The notes under the pieces are model-generated. The model saw only the letters and a list, made by a program, of their open reading frames with translations. It was not told the DNA's origin and searched no databases. A DNA stretch of 64,000 nt from Heterodontus francisci (Eukaryota). Of the stretch, positions 49,403 through 62,499 are shown in pieces. A program made the translations under genes and the position numbers. The DNA lies in assembly GCF_036365525.1 (NCBI RefSeq), contig NC_090415.1, positions 8,680,001-8,744,000 on the forward strand, written 5' to 3'. Each line of letters opens with the position of its first letter. Position 1 is the first letter of the stretch.

Positions 49403-50606
49403 AGTTGAGGCAGAAACCTTCAACTCATTCAAAAGAAGTCTGGGTATGCATCTCAAGTGCCGTAATCTGCAGGGTTCGGGATCAAAATGTTGGCAGGTGG
49501 GATTAGAATGGGTGGATATCATTTGGCTGGCACAGATACGATGGGCCAAATGGCTTCTTTCTGTGACATAGACTTCCAATGTTTCTATGATTCGAAGTGA
49601 TTTTATTTCTCTCTATCTCAAAATCCCCCAAGCCCCTCACCCAATCCTGATCTTTCTCTCTCTCTCTCTGTTTTTTTCTCGTTATTGATACGGTGTCTCT
49701 CCCTTTGCCTTTGGCGCTGTATCTATGTTGGCGATACCGTTAGTGAGTGTTATGTGTATGCATTCTATTGTAGTACTGATAGTCTCTCTCTCTCTCTGAT
49801 GATACAGGTGAAGGTGAAATACTGTTGTTCAGTGTGATATGGACACACAGTTGGAAATTCTAAGTCTGATACAGTCTGTCTCTCTACTTCTCTCACCACC
49901 ACTCTCTCTACCCTTTCCCACCTCTCTCTCTTTATCTCTGCCTCTCTTGGTCCCTCTGTTTTGGTATATGAAAGGGAAAAGGTGTTATTGAGCGAGTTAT
50001 GGACACGCTGAACAGACGTGCAACACTGGAACAGTGAACTCTCCTCCGGTGCTGCGGGTGAGACGGTCACTGTCACTTCTCCGCTCGGTACGTTCTGATC
50101 TGACGGTGCATTTATCTGTCTTCAGTCCTGAATGGAAGGACGGACAGAACCAGCCTGTCACTGCCTGGAACAAAAAAAAAAATCACAGCGTCTGAATGTG
50201 GGATTATTCTGTAACTGGACATCTCTCCTTGTTGACAATGGGATGGCTAGGACAACAAGAAAATATGGATAGACTATAGGAAGAGACAGTCGATAATTTG
50301 TATTTTCACCGTCAGGAAACATGTTTATGTGTGCGATCACTATAATAACATCAAAGCCGACATTGGTTTGAACACATTCAAAGCTGTGATGGGCTCTTTC
50401 CGCCGAATCTGGTCTCAGAGTGTTTAACACTCACTGAGTCTAGAAAATACAAATACCCACCGTGAATCCGCAGCACAGGCCGAGCGGAGGGGAAATCCTG
50501 TCCTGGAAACGCTAAATTTAACGAACAGTTCGGCCTGAGATTGTGTGGATGTGAATATTGTGTAAGAGAGTGTATTAAAGGGGCGGGCGCGTTAGTCTAA
50601 TGCCAC

Positions 50607-51035
50607 TGTGTTTGTGGGTCTGGTCTCATCGCCGGATTTCCGAGTCCCTCTTGTGTAAAATAACAAGATTTTCCAGTTAAAGAAGCACTTTGCTCCCCTT
50701 CTAATCCTCAAAGTGGGAATTCAGTGTTGTTTGTTTGTTGATTTCAAGATTTTAATCGAAAAGTATGGAACATGTCAGCGATCGGCTGAGAGAGAGTCAT
50801 CAGTGCAGCAATGAAACGGGTTTCAGTCGAAAATGGAGTCTTTACTTCAAGCGAAACCTTTGTGACAGCAAACATTCTGATGTCAGAGACAGGAAGGATC
50901 TAGCCTGGGACTCTGGAATACCCGAATTTCAGTGGAATTGGAGAGTTTAGGACCAGAGAGAAACACAGAGAGGCAGCAGGAGCCGGGAGCTGACAGCAGG
51001 TTGTCTCCGCCCCGTCCGCTCGCTGCCTTTAAGTT
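50607..51035 (+). promoter_or_regulatory. H1 promoter: TG box, AC box, GC box, HINFP-like site
   Basis: TGTGTTT 50607, AAACACA 50961, CTCCGCCCCGTCCGC ~51005-51019, TTTAAG ~51028. Confidence 0.78.
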
Positions 51036-51111
51036 GCTCAGTGCCGCCACCACCAGCTTCATTTCTCACCCAGTTCTGACTGACAGAGAGACTTTGTGCA
51101 GAGTCCTGGAC

Positions 51112-51825
51112 ATGACCGATACTGCAGCCGCCGAAACGGCTCCTCCAGCCGCCGCCGCTCAAGTCAAGACTCCCAAGAAGAAGAAGGCGGCTCCCCGGAA
51201 GGGGTCAGGCGGTCCCAAGTTGGGCGAGCTGATCCTCAAGACTGTGGCGGAATGCAGTGTCCGCGGTGGGATGTCACTGCAGGCAATAAAGAAGGCTCTG
51301 CGTGTTAAAGGTGTCGATGTGGAGAAGAGCAAGTTCCCAATCAAGCAAAGTATCAAGCGGCTTGTGGCGAAAGACTTCCTGGTGCAGACGAAGGGCACGG
51401 GGGCCTCCGGCACCTTCAAAATCGCGAAACAGGAAAAGAAGGGAAATGTGGTGAAGAAGATTAAGACAGGAGCAGCCAAGAGATCTTTAGTGAAGAAAAC
51501 AGCTGCCAAGAAACAGATCACAAAGAAAACAGCCAAGAAATCCCCAGGGAAGAAAATAGTCGCCAAGAAAGTGAGCAGCAAGAAGACAGCAGCCAAGAAA
51601 GTGAGCACCAAGAAGACAGCAGCCAAGAAAGTGACCAGCAAGAAGACAGCAACGCCAAAGAAGGCGGTAAAGAAAGCAACGCTTCCAAAAAAATCTCCAG
51701 CGAAGAATGCTAATAAAGCCAAGAGGGCCACGGGCGGAAAGCCGCCCAAGAAAGTCCAATCATCAAGGGGCGGGAAGAAGCCGAAAGCAGCAAAGGCTCA
51801 GAAAGCAGCCCCTGGAAAGAAGTGA
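51112..51825 (+). CDS. H1: Linker histone H1 (237 aa), replication-dependent
   Basis: MTDTAAAETAPP; globular domain with LVQTKGTGASGTFK; basic tail; stem-loop. True ATG at 51112. Confidence 0.96.
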   Translation: MTDTAAAETAPPAAAAQVKTPKKKKAAPRKGSGGPKLGELILKTVAECSVRGGMSLQAIKKALRVKGVDVEKSKFPIKQSIKRLVAKDFLVQTKGTGASGTFKIAKQEKKGNVVKKIKTGAAKRSLVKKTAAKKQITKKTAKKSPGKKIVAKKVSSKKTAAKKVSTKKTAAKKVTSKKTATPKKAVKKATLPKKSPAKNANKAKRATGGKPPKKVQSSRGGKKPKAAKAQKAAPGKK

Positions 51826-51861
51826 AACAGCACGGGAAACTTGTAGACATCTGAACCCAAA

Positions 51862-51902
51862 GGCTCTTTTCAGAGCCACCCACGTCTCTCAGGAAAGAGC
51901 TG
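51862..51902 (+). terminator. Histone 3' stem-loop and HDE
   Basis: GGCTCTTTTCAGAGCC-ACCCA, then GAAAGAGCTG. Confidence 0.95.
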
Positions 51903-52581
51903 ATCCCCGATCAAATGATCCCTGTCCCGCAGTCGTGTACACATTTCACCTAGAAATGATTTGAAGTAAATCCAGGTTCCCTGGTGACTCTCAACCCAGC
52001 CCTTCCTCACTCTCTGCAACAAATCAGGGATGTCCGGGCCTCACTGTACCCGGGTATATGTTCGGTGAAGTCTCAGTTCATGCTCGTTTCAGGGCGACAG
52101 CCTGTAACACAGTAACACGGGCGAGATACCCCGCGTCACATCTCAAACTCCAATACATGATTTTGTATAATTCAGCTGGGGTTAGGTTTCAGTAAACTGC
52201 TCAATCCGTCTGGGAGGAGAGGTGTGCCGAAACAGGTTGACTTGTGATCGGAAGCACTGCACTTAGGCGGGTGTATTACGAACTTTTATTTGTTACAGAT
52301 CCGTATTTAGACCGCCGGTTTTTGTTATCAGTGACTATCAATGCCGAATCTCCAGGTTTTATGCTGAGCTCTCATGTCGAGAACTGTTTTTTCTTGAATT
52401 GGCGGTTCGAGCAAGTGGGAGGCGGAGCAAGAGGATCAAAGACATTTCTCTGCTCTGTCTGTCACTCAGTTTCCTTCAGACCCGCCTCTGGCTCTCTGAC
52501 TCTTTCTCAGTCAGGTCGGGGCAGGCTGTATAAAAAGGCAGCAGAAGCTGCTCGTTTTTCATTCAGAATCGGTTTGTCTAA

Positions 52582-52902
<321 letters not shown>

Positions 52903-52932
52903 GCAAATCGACCCTGTCTACCAAAAACAAAA

Positions 52933-52948
52933 GGCTCTTATAAGAGCC
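52933..52948 (+). terminator. Histone 3' stem-loop (H4)
   Basis: GGCTCT-TATA-AGAGCC-ACCCA; HDE weak. Confidence 0.88.
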
Positions 52949-53452
52949 ACCCAAAACCTCACATTGAGATAAGTGACCTTGAAACTGCAGCGGGGATGTC
53001 TTGGGATGTGAAATTGTTGGAGCTCATCCAATGTTATGTGGACTTTATCAGATCAGTATTGCATTCTCTTATAGTCACTTTACGTCTCGCACATTTTTTC
53101 ACTGTCTTCTTCTGTTCCATGTTTAATAACCGCGTCATGAATTAAAAGGTTGCAGTTGATAATGTCCATTGCCGACCTGAACTGCCGGTAAAGATGTAGA
53201 AAAGGATTTACTCCCGTTAGAGGAAGAAATGGCCGGAGCTTTATTCCCGCCAGAGACCGAACAGGGAATGAACCCCTATTCAAACCGTGTTGGAAGACAC
53301 AGAGGGGGATCGAGGGCGGAAAAAAATGACGCTAAAAGCAATGAGATTTTATAATCGCTTCCGCCAAATTAGGTTTTCTTTCATCTTTGCGTCGTTTACA
53401 ATGTGAAAATGGCGGGCTTTTTGAAATTGATTCAATTTCAGTTGCAGTTCAA

Positions 53453-54432
53453 CCGGATGTTGCCGGGACTGGAAAAAAATGCAGCTATGAGGAAAGACTG
53501 AATAGGCCGTGGTTGTTTTCTGTGGCACAGAGAATGCTGAGGAGAGATCTGATTGAATTGGATAACATTTTGAGAGGCCTGGATAGAGTGTAGGTGAAGG
53601 GCCAATTTACCTTAATACAGAGGTCACTGACTAGGGGTCAAAGACTTAAAGCGTTTGGTGGAATGATTAGAGGGAAGATGAGGACAAGGTTTTTTTCCCT
53701 CTCATCTACAGGATGGTGGGGGTCTGGAACTCAATGCCTGAAAGGGTAGTTGAGGCAGAAATCTTCAAATCATTCAAAAGAAGTCTGGATATGCACCTCA
53801 AGTGCATATTCTACAGGATTACAGACCAAATGGTAGCAGGTGGGATTAGAATGGGTGGAGAGCTTTCCGGCTGGCACAGACACGATGGTCCAAGTGGCTT
53901 CTTTCTGTGCCATAAACTTTCAATTATTTTCAGAAAAGAGAAGGCTGAGGGGGGACATGATTGAGGGATCCAAAATTATGAAGGTCATTGATAGGTTAGA
54001 CAGGAGGAAACTTTTTGTTTTCCCTCAGCGAACGGATCGATCAGTCGGCAAGGGGCAGGAGGTTTAATGGAGATGTGAGGGGGGAAAAAACACTCATCAT
54101 GTGGTTCGAATCTGGAACACACTGCCTGAATAGGTGGCAGAGGCAGGAACCCTCAGAACATTTAAGAGGTATTTAGATGAGCACTTGAAACGCCATCGCA
54201 TACAAGAATACATGCCAAGTGCTGGAAAATGGGATTAGAATAGTTAGATGCTTGAAGAAATACTTGCAGGTTTATAGGTCAATTGCCCCTAGTGTAGGTA
54301 GATGTTAGGAGAATGGTGGGGATGCCGTAGGGAATATGGGATGAATGGAGGATCAGTATAAATGGGTGTTTGTTGGACGGCACAGACTCGGTGGGCCGAA
54401 GGGCCTGTTTCTGTGCTGTTTAAATCCATGAC
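53453..54432 (+). mobile_element. Two CR1 3' fragments followed by a SINE 3' half
   Basis: SYEERL, KRRLRGDMIE; GGCCGAAGGGCCTGT tail. Confidence 0.82.
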
Positions 54433-54930
54433 TCTATGTTTCGTTATCGCGTCATGAATTAAACGGTTGCATTTGATAATGTCCATTGACGACCTGAACT
54501 GCCGGTGAAGATGATGGATTTATTCCCGTTCGAGTAAGCAATGACCGGAGCTTTATTCCCGCCTGAGACCCAACAAGGAATGAACCCCAATTCAAACCGT
54601 GTTGGAAGAAACGGAGGTGGAATCGAGGGCCGAAAGATGAAGCTCCAAGCAGTGAGATTTTATAATTGTTCCCGCCGAATTAGGTTTTATTTAATCTTTG
54701 AGTAGTTTGCTAATTTGAAATTGGCGGGCTTTTTGAAATTGATGAAATTTCAGTTGCAGTTCAACCAATCAGGGAGCAGCAATTCCCACCGCTCTTTTCC
54801 ATCGTTTCAAATTGGATGATGGACGGGGTTTCATCCAATCACAACATTAGGGCGGTCCTTCGACTGTCTTAAATAGGCAGTCCCTGAGCAGCTTCACCAT
54901 TAAAGCCGACATTGTGTAAGGACTCCGTAG

Positions 54931-55344
<414 letters not shown>

Positions 55345-55387
55345 ACTGACCCTGCCCGGAACTGAGTTCGGCATCAAATACCACAAC

Positions 55388-55428
55388 GGCTCTTTTAAGA
55401 GCCACCAAATCGACAAAAGAAAGTTGTG
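55388..55428 (+). terminator. Histone 3' stem-loop and HDE
   Basis: GGCTCTTTTAAGAGCC, then AAAGAAAGTTG. Confidence 0.93.
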
Positions 55429-55795
55429 ATCTCATGTTCATTCCAGCACATAAACGTCTTAGAAGGTTTTGACCACTTATATACTCAAAGCCGGGAGACA
55501 TAAATACTTTTGTCTGCATCCGGCAGCTGGAGATTTCATGACGTGTCAGTTGTAAGATCTAGAGTAGCGATCCCAATGTGCACAGCGCATTTTAATAGAT
55601 CGGCGATCGTTTTAGGACTGAACAAATGTTTGTGGTACAAAAAGGGTAGAATGGTAAAAGTGCCTTTCCAATAGGGTCTGAGGGAATTAGAATGCATTTC
55701 ATCTGATGAGCAACTAAATGCCAAAATCCAGTACACTTCATTCCAACACAAAACAACGATAACAGTACAATATTACAGTCTTTCAGACAGTAACC

Positions 55796-55835
55796 AGCCC
55801 TTTCACAGATAAAGTGGGTGGCTCTGAAAAGAGCC
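55796..55835 (-). terminator. Histone 3' stem-loop and HDE (H2A)
   Basis: Minus strand GGCTCTTTTCAGAGCC-ACCCA. Confidence 0.93.
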
Positions 55836-55865
55836 TTTGGGTTCACAGATTCAAGTCAGGCCGCT

Positions 55866-56375
<510 letters not shown>

Positions 56376-56989
56376 TCATTGTGCTGTACATGTTACCAAT
56401 CAGAGAGCTGCTCAATTCACCAATCACAAGAAGACAGTGAGTTGAGAGCGGAAAATAAGAGCGCGAAATGGTCAGGCTCCCAACGATATTTCACATTTGA
56501 AAAGCCCGCCAATATATTTGTAAAAAAGGGGGCGGCTTCAATGTTGAATATTACATTTATAGGTCATATTGTTTTGCAGAAAACATTGTAAAAACTTTTT
56601 ATTTTTTTTATTCCACATTTTGTCCCCGATTGTTCCAGATTCGCTTTTGTAATCCGCCATGTATTCTGCTTTATTCTTTTCTTTTTATGATACTGTCTGT
56701 AACCAGCGGCTGAAAGCCTCATTCACAGTATCCTGCAACCGGACACATTTCAGGTCAATTTTCATAATAATTCTACATCACTGATTATAGATTGATCCCT
56801 TTTCGTGGAGGACAAAAGAGGAGTAGAGATATTCTGTGTTATGTGCCAAAAAACCTATCTGCCGACATCCCTGACCTTCTGACTCCCTCTGTTACTGTCT
56901 CTTCAATTACTTCCATTTTGTTGGAACTGGACCGTTACTTTTTCATTCTCTACCTATCATTCCACCGCACATCTATTTAGGCCCAGGCA

Positions 56990-57071
56990 GACTAGGTGGT
57001 CGGGTGGTTAACGCGATTGACAACTAATTCATTGAGCTCTGCCTGCGTGGCTTCAAATCGTTTGTCTGTGA
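56990..57071 (+). pseudogene. tRNA-Ser(GCT) pseudogene
   Basis: gactaggtggtcgggtggttaacgcgattgacaactaattcattgagctctgcctgcgtggcttcaaatc aligns without gaps to vertebrate tRNA-Ser-GCT (GACGAGGTGGCCGAGTGGTTAAGGCGATGGACTGCTAATCCATTGTGCTCTGC...). Anticodon loop, B box and acceptor stem are mutated. Confidence 0.8.
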
Positions 57072-57149
57072 AATGTTTCTCTTAGCTGGTTGTCACTGAA
57101 GAGCACCGACTTCAGATGTCTTTTTAAGAATGTGCTGGGTCTTTCATGC

Positions 57150-58040
57150 TGAACAAGAACAAAGAACAGTACAGCACAAGAACAGGCCATTCGGCCCTCC
57201 AAGCCTGCGCCGATCTTGATGCCTGCCTAAACTAAAACCTTCTGCACTGCCGGGGTCCGTATCCCTCTATTCCCATCCTATTCATGTATTTGTCAAGTTG
57301 CCTCTAAAACGTCTCTATGGTACCTGCTTCCACCACCTCCCCCGGCAACAAGTTCCAGGCACTCACAACCGTCTGTGTAAGGATCTTGCCTCGCACATCC
57401 CCTCGAAACTTTGCCCCTCTCACCTTAAACCTATGTCCCCAGGAAATTGACTCTTCCACCCTGGGGAAAAATCTTCTGATTATCCACTCTGTCCATGCCA
57501 CTCATAACTTTGTCAACCTCTATCATGTCGCCCCTCTACCTCCGTCGTTCCAGTGAAAACAATCCGAGTTTATCCAACCTCTACTCATAGCTAATGTCCT
57601 CCAGACCAGGCTACATCCTGGTAAACCTCTTCTGTAACCACTCCAAAGCCTCCACGGCCAACTGGTAGTGTGGCGACCAGAATTGCACGTGTGGCCTAAC
57701 TAAAGTTCTGTACAGCTGCAGCGTGACTTGCCAATATTTATACTGCAAAATGCATTACCTCACATTTGACTGGACTAAATTCCATCTGCCACGATGGAAT
57801 ACGAGAAAGAACTTTTTATGTACTGAATGGTAATGACCTGGAACTCACTGACCACAAGGGTGGAAGAAGCTGAGGCAGTTAATGACGTCAAGAGGATATT
57901 GGGATGGCATCTGAAGGAAATAAACTTGCAGAGCTACAAGGATCGTGTGGGGAAATGAGTGTGACTGGATTCATCTATGGAGAGCTGGCATGGAGTCGAT
58001 GGGCCCAATGGCTTCCTTCTGTGCTGGAAATATCTGTATG
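57150..58040. mobile_element. CR1 3' fragments (minus 57150-57790, plus about 57800-58040)
   Basis: GHRFKVRGAKFRGDVRGK; CR1 tails. Confidence 0.85.
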
Positions 58041-58244
58041 TTTACTATTTGTTTGAGACTGTAACCTGATTATTTTAAAGGCTTTTTCAATATATAGTAG
58101 CCATAAAAAGAAACCACAGGTCTATTTTATGTGAGAACTGCATGGATGATGAGAATTTTATCAATTGCTCTGACATTTTTAGATAGTTTAATTCAAGTTC
58201 CAGAATTAAAGCCTGACATTCAACAGGGCAATAAAGATGGTCAT

Positions 58245-58316
58245 TGTGATGGCCAGGAATCAAAACTAACTCAACTGCTTGGAAAGCAGCTTTGCTCACC
58301 AATATAACAAGATTGT
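58245..58316 (-). pseudogene. tRNA-Gly(TCC) pseudogene
   Basis: tggccaggaatc...tcaactgcttggaaagcagctttgctcacca matches the reverse complement of vertebrate tRNA-Gly-TCC (...GTCAACTGCTTGGAAGGCAGCTATGCTCACCA...). Confidence 0.8.
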
Positions 58317-58429
58317 TTCTGGAAACAGGCCCCTCAGGCTTCATTTATAGAGCAACTACACACAATAGCCTTCTGATTAATCAAATGCTTTGCAAGCATT
58401 TTAATCTGAAACTTTTAGTTTATGTTCAT

Positions 58430-58590
58430 CAAAAACAAAATACTGCGGATGCTGGAAATCTGAAATAAAAACAGAAAGTACTGTAAATACTCTGATGTAA
58501 GATCACAGACCTGAAACGTTAAATCTGTTGCTCTCTCCGCAGATATTGCTAGTCCTGATGGGTATATCCAGCACTTTGTTTTCATTACCA
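58430..58590. mobile_element. Partial inverted pair of Penelope-like ends
   Basis: aaatactgcggatgctggaaatctg followed by gacctgaaacgttaa...ccagcactttg. Confidence 0.65.
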
Positions 58591-58939
58591 CGTTTATGTT
58601 ACCATTGAAGGGTAGAATCATTGAATGGTTGCATCACAGAAAGAGGACATTCGGCCCATTCTGTCTGGGCCAGGTTTCTGCAGAGCAGCTGACCTAGTCC
58701 CACTCCCCGGCCTTTTCTCCAGTGCTTGGTAATTTTGATTTACTCTTCATATCATTATCCAATTCTCTTTGGAAGGGCTCTATTGAATGCGTCTCCACCA
58801 CACTCTGTTATTTCTCTCCAATTAAAATAGTTACAAATGAATGGTTCTCTCGTTGCACGACTCACTTTCGGCCAGAAGATGGCACCAGCCACAATCATTT
58901 GCTCCTTCCGGTTTTTGTTTGCACGTCTCTTTTGTGATG

Positions 58940-59077
58940 GGCCTGTTGCTGCCTGGGGAGCTTGCCAAGCCCACCATGTCGAAAGGGACAAAGGCAGTGA
59001 CCAAGCACAACAGCTCCTTGTAGATCTCCACAATGTACAGAAATAAAGCACCAAGCACAACGGCTCTTTTAAGATCC
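58940..59077 (+). pseudogene. H2B: H2B pseudogene, C-terminal fragment with decayed stem-loop
   Basis: [26 protein letters not shown] versus [26 protein letters not shown]; GGCTCTTTTAAGATCC at 59062-59077. Confidence 0.88.
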
Positions 59078-59249
59078 ACTGACAGCCTCTCTGAAATAAT
59101 CGATTTACTGCAGAGATTTCAATACCAACTGTTCAAATTTCAGCCAAGTTAACTTTGAGTTCTCAAACAAGCACGTTCACCAACCGGTTCAAACATTGTG
59201 TCACTTATTAATTCCCTGCCCTACAAACTAAATATCGTCCAATGATCGC

Positions 59250-59780
59250 CATTGTACCTGACAGTTTCTGGTACGGGAGCATTGATTTAGTCTGTATCTG
59301 TCAGTTTTTGGAGTATGATGTGGGGTTTACACTGTACCTGTCATTCTGTGGTGTGTGAATGTTGGTTTTATTTTCTGGTATTTAAATATGTATTCTGTTC
59401 TGTACCTGTCAGTTTCTGGTATGTGTGTAGTTTTCACTTCGTGTTTGTCAGTTTCTGCTATGGGAGTATGGGATTTACTCGATATTTGTCTGCCACTGAA
59501 ATGTGAGTGTGCTTTTGAACCTTTAATTCCTTTGTGCCTTACAGTATTGGTCTTTACCTATCAGTTTCTGCAGTGTGTGTGGGGGTTGCTTCATGCTTCT
59601 CTGTTTCTGGTATGTTTGTATAATTTTACTCTGCTCTCACAGGTGAGTGTTGTTTTCTTGTCTATTTTGCTGTATCATTCAGGTTCTGGTATGTAAATGT
59701 AAGTTTCACTCTATATCTCTCAATCCCTAACCTGTAATTTGTCTGTATCTGATTGTAAGTGCAGGTTTTTTTTCTGCTCC
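59250..59780 (+). repeat. Degenerate ~40-41-bp satellite block
   Basis: tgta(c/t)ctg at 59253, 59293 and 59333. Confidence 0.72.
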
Positions 59781-59784
59781 TGTC

Positions 59785-61450
59785 TGTTACAGGTAATGCA
59801 GAGTTTATAGAAAGGGAGGAACTTAAAACAATCATCATCACTAGGAAAAAGATACTCGGCAAACCATTAGGACTGAAGGTAGACAAGTCCCCAGGTCATG
59901 ATAGCCTTCATTCTGGGGTCTTAAAGGAAGTTGCAGCAAGATAGTGGATCCATTGGTTATAATATTTCAAAATTCCCTGGATGCAGGAAAGGTTCCAGTG
60001 GATTGGAAAAAGCAAATATAACGCCCTTCTTCAAAAAGGGAGGAAGGCAGAAAGTAGGAAACTATAGACCAGTTAGTTTCACATCCATCTATATTGGGAA
60101 ATTGTTAGAATCCATTATTAAGAATGTAATAACAGGTCATTTGGAAAGTCAAAACGCAATACATCTGAGTCAGCATGGTTTTATGAAGGGTAAATCGTGT
60201 TTGACTAATTTGCTAGAGTTCTTCGAACATGTAACAAGCAAAGTGGATAATGGGGATCCTGTAGATGTAGTATATCTGGACTTTACGAAGGCATTGGATA
60301 AGGTGCCGCACAAAAGGAAAGATCACATGTGGTTAGGGCCAATTTATGGGCTTGGATAGAGGATTGGCTAACCAACAGAAAACAGAGGTTCAGTATAAAT
60401 GGGTCTTTTTCTGGTTGGCAAGATATAACTAGTGGAGTGTCACAGGGTTCGGTCCTTGGGACCCAACTATTTACAATCTATATTAATGACTTGGATGCAG
60501 GGACAGAAGGCACTATAGCCAAATTTGCTGATGACATGAAAACAGGTTGGATAGTAAGTTGCAATAAAGAAATAAGAAATTTACAAATGGATATGGATAG
60601 GTGAAGTGAATGGGCCAAAATGTGGCAGATGGAGTTTAACGTGGATAAGTGTGAGGTTATCCATTTTGGTCAGAAGAATAGAAAGTCAAGTTATAATCAA
60701 AATGGAGAGAAACGTCAGAGTGCTTTGGAACAGAGGCATGTTGGCATTCTCGTGCGTGAATTGCAGAAAACTGGTATGCAGATGCAGCAGGTATTAAGGA
60801 ACCCAAATGGAATTTTGGCATTCATTGCGAAAGGAAAAGAGTATAGAAGTGGGGAAGTGTTGCTGCAACTGTACAAGGTATTAGTGAGACAGCACTTGGA
60901 GTATTAAGTACAGTTTTGGTCCTCTTACTTGAGGAGGGATGTAGTTGCATTGGAGGCAATTCAGAGGAGGTTCACTAGACTGATTCCAGAGATGAGGGGT
61001 TTGTCTTATCAAGAAAGATTGAGCAGTTTAGGCCTTTGCTCTTTAGTGCTTAGAAGAATGAGGGGAAATCTAACTGAGGTATATAAGATGATTCAGGGGA
61101 TTGACAAAGTAGACAGAGAGGATGTTTCCTCTTGTGAGACAATCTAGAACGAGAGGTCATAGTTTCAGAATAAGGGGTAGCAGATTTAAAACAGAAATGA
61201 GGAGAAAATACTTCTCTCAAAGGGTCGTGAGACTGTGGAATTCACTACCCCAGAGTGTGGTGGATGACGGGACGTTGAGTAAATTTAAGGAGCGGATGGT
61301 CAGATTTTCAATTAATATTGGGTTGAACGGTTATGGAGAACGGGCAGGAAAGTGGAGTTGAGGCCGAAATGAGATCAGCCATGATCGTATTGAATGGCGG
61401 AGCAGGTTTGAGGGGCTGAATTGCCTACTCCTGCTCTTAGTTCTTACGTT
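59785..61450 (+). mobile_element. Decayed CR1 ORF2 RT and 3' UTR
   Basis: NYRPVS, QHGFMKGKSCLTNLLEFF, FADD, WQMEFN. Confidence 0.92.
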
Positions 61451-61836
61451 CTTTTATGTGAGAAACATCTTAATCTGTATTTTGAAGCCTCAGATATATC
61501 TGCGTGTCGCTTGAACTCTGTCCTTGTCAGTTTCTGGTCTGTGAGTCTATCATTGTCGTTTCAATCATTACCCAGAGCTCAGTTTAACTGGTGAAACTTA
61601 CAGGCTCCTTTTTATTTTTTTGCTCTATTTAACAAAGATCTTTGCCATTGTTTCTGACTGAGAACTCATTTATCAGTTTAAAGACTGCTTTGGTTAACAA
61701 AGTTCTCATTGAAAGAAAACTGAAGCTGAGCTATATGGGAGCTGCACATGGATGATGAGAGTATTTTGTCAATTTTATTCTTGAAATTGCATTAACAATT
61801 AAGGTATCAATGCAGCTGGATGGTATTAGAATTGAT

Positions 61837-61908
61837 ACCTGACCTGCAGGAAGGAACCGAGGTCAACAGCTTGGAAGGCAGCTTTGGTCAGCATTAAACC
61901 ACCATCAC
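61837..61908 (-). pseudogene. Second tRNA-Gly(TCC) pseudogene
   Basis: ggtcaacagcttggaaggcagctttggtcagcattaaaccacca matches the reverse complement of tRNA-Gly-TCC; flank (catggatgatgag...) shared with 58140. Confidence 0.75.
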
Positions 61909-62499
61909 TCAATGAGTTTGACATATGTAAATGTGTACTTTATTCAGTAACATTTATTTTCTATTTTGTGATTACATCTGGTTCCAATTCATCATTTCAG
62001 GCTCCAGTACTCTGTGTGAGGTGGGATTAATGTGGTGTATGTCAGTTTCTGCTACTCCCTGTGAGTATGAATATACTTATGTACCAATCAGTCTCTCAAA
62101 CTGAATATGTGTACGGATAAATTCATTTTTCATCAGTAACTGGCACTGACAGTGAGCCTGAGATTCATTCAATATCTCTGTCTCTGGTATTGTATGTGAA
62201 TTTGTTGTTTATTCTGTGGCTCTCATTGTGCTTTTTATTCTCCACTGCTCTTTGTCAATGAAATTTGCCCTGTGTCCATCAGTTTCATGTACTGTAATTG
62301 AGTATGGGATGCATTATATAGCTGTCATTCTCTGATCTGCCTGACAGATTTTTGATCTACAATGGAAAAAAGGGTTATGGGGGAAGCCAAGAAATTGAAG
62401 TTAAGACCACAATCAGATCAGCCATAATTTTAATGAATGGAAAGCAGGCAGGGGGGTCAAAAGGCCTAGTCTTGCTCCTGTTTCTTATGTTATTTATTT

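Noticed and set aside
49797-49869. Box C/D snoRNA (TGATGA...CTGA, 73 nt)
   Set aside because: No terminal stem, no recognisable rRNA/snRNA guide, and it lies in CT-rich low-complexity sequence.
50476-50537. Inverted repeat CAGGCCGA...TCGGCCTG upstream of H1
   Set aside because: An 8-bp stem with a long spacer can arise by chance, and it has no counterpart upstream of the other H1.
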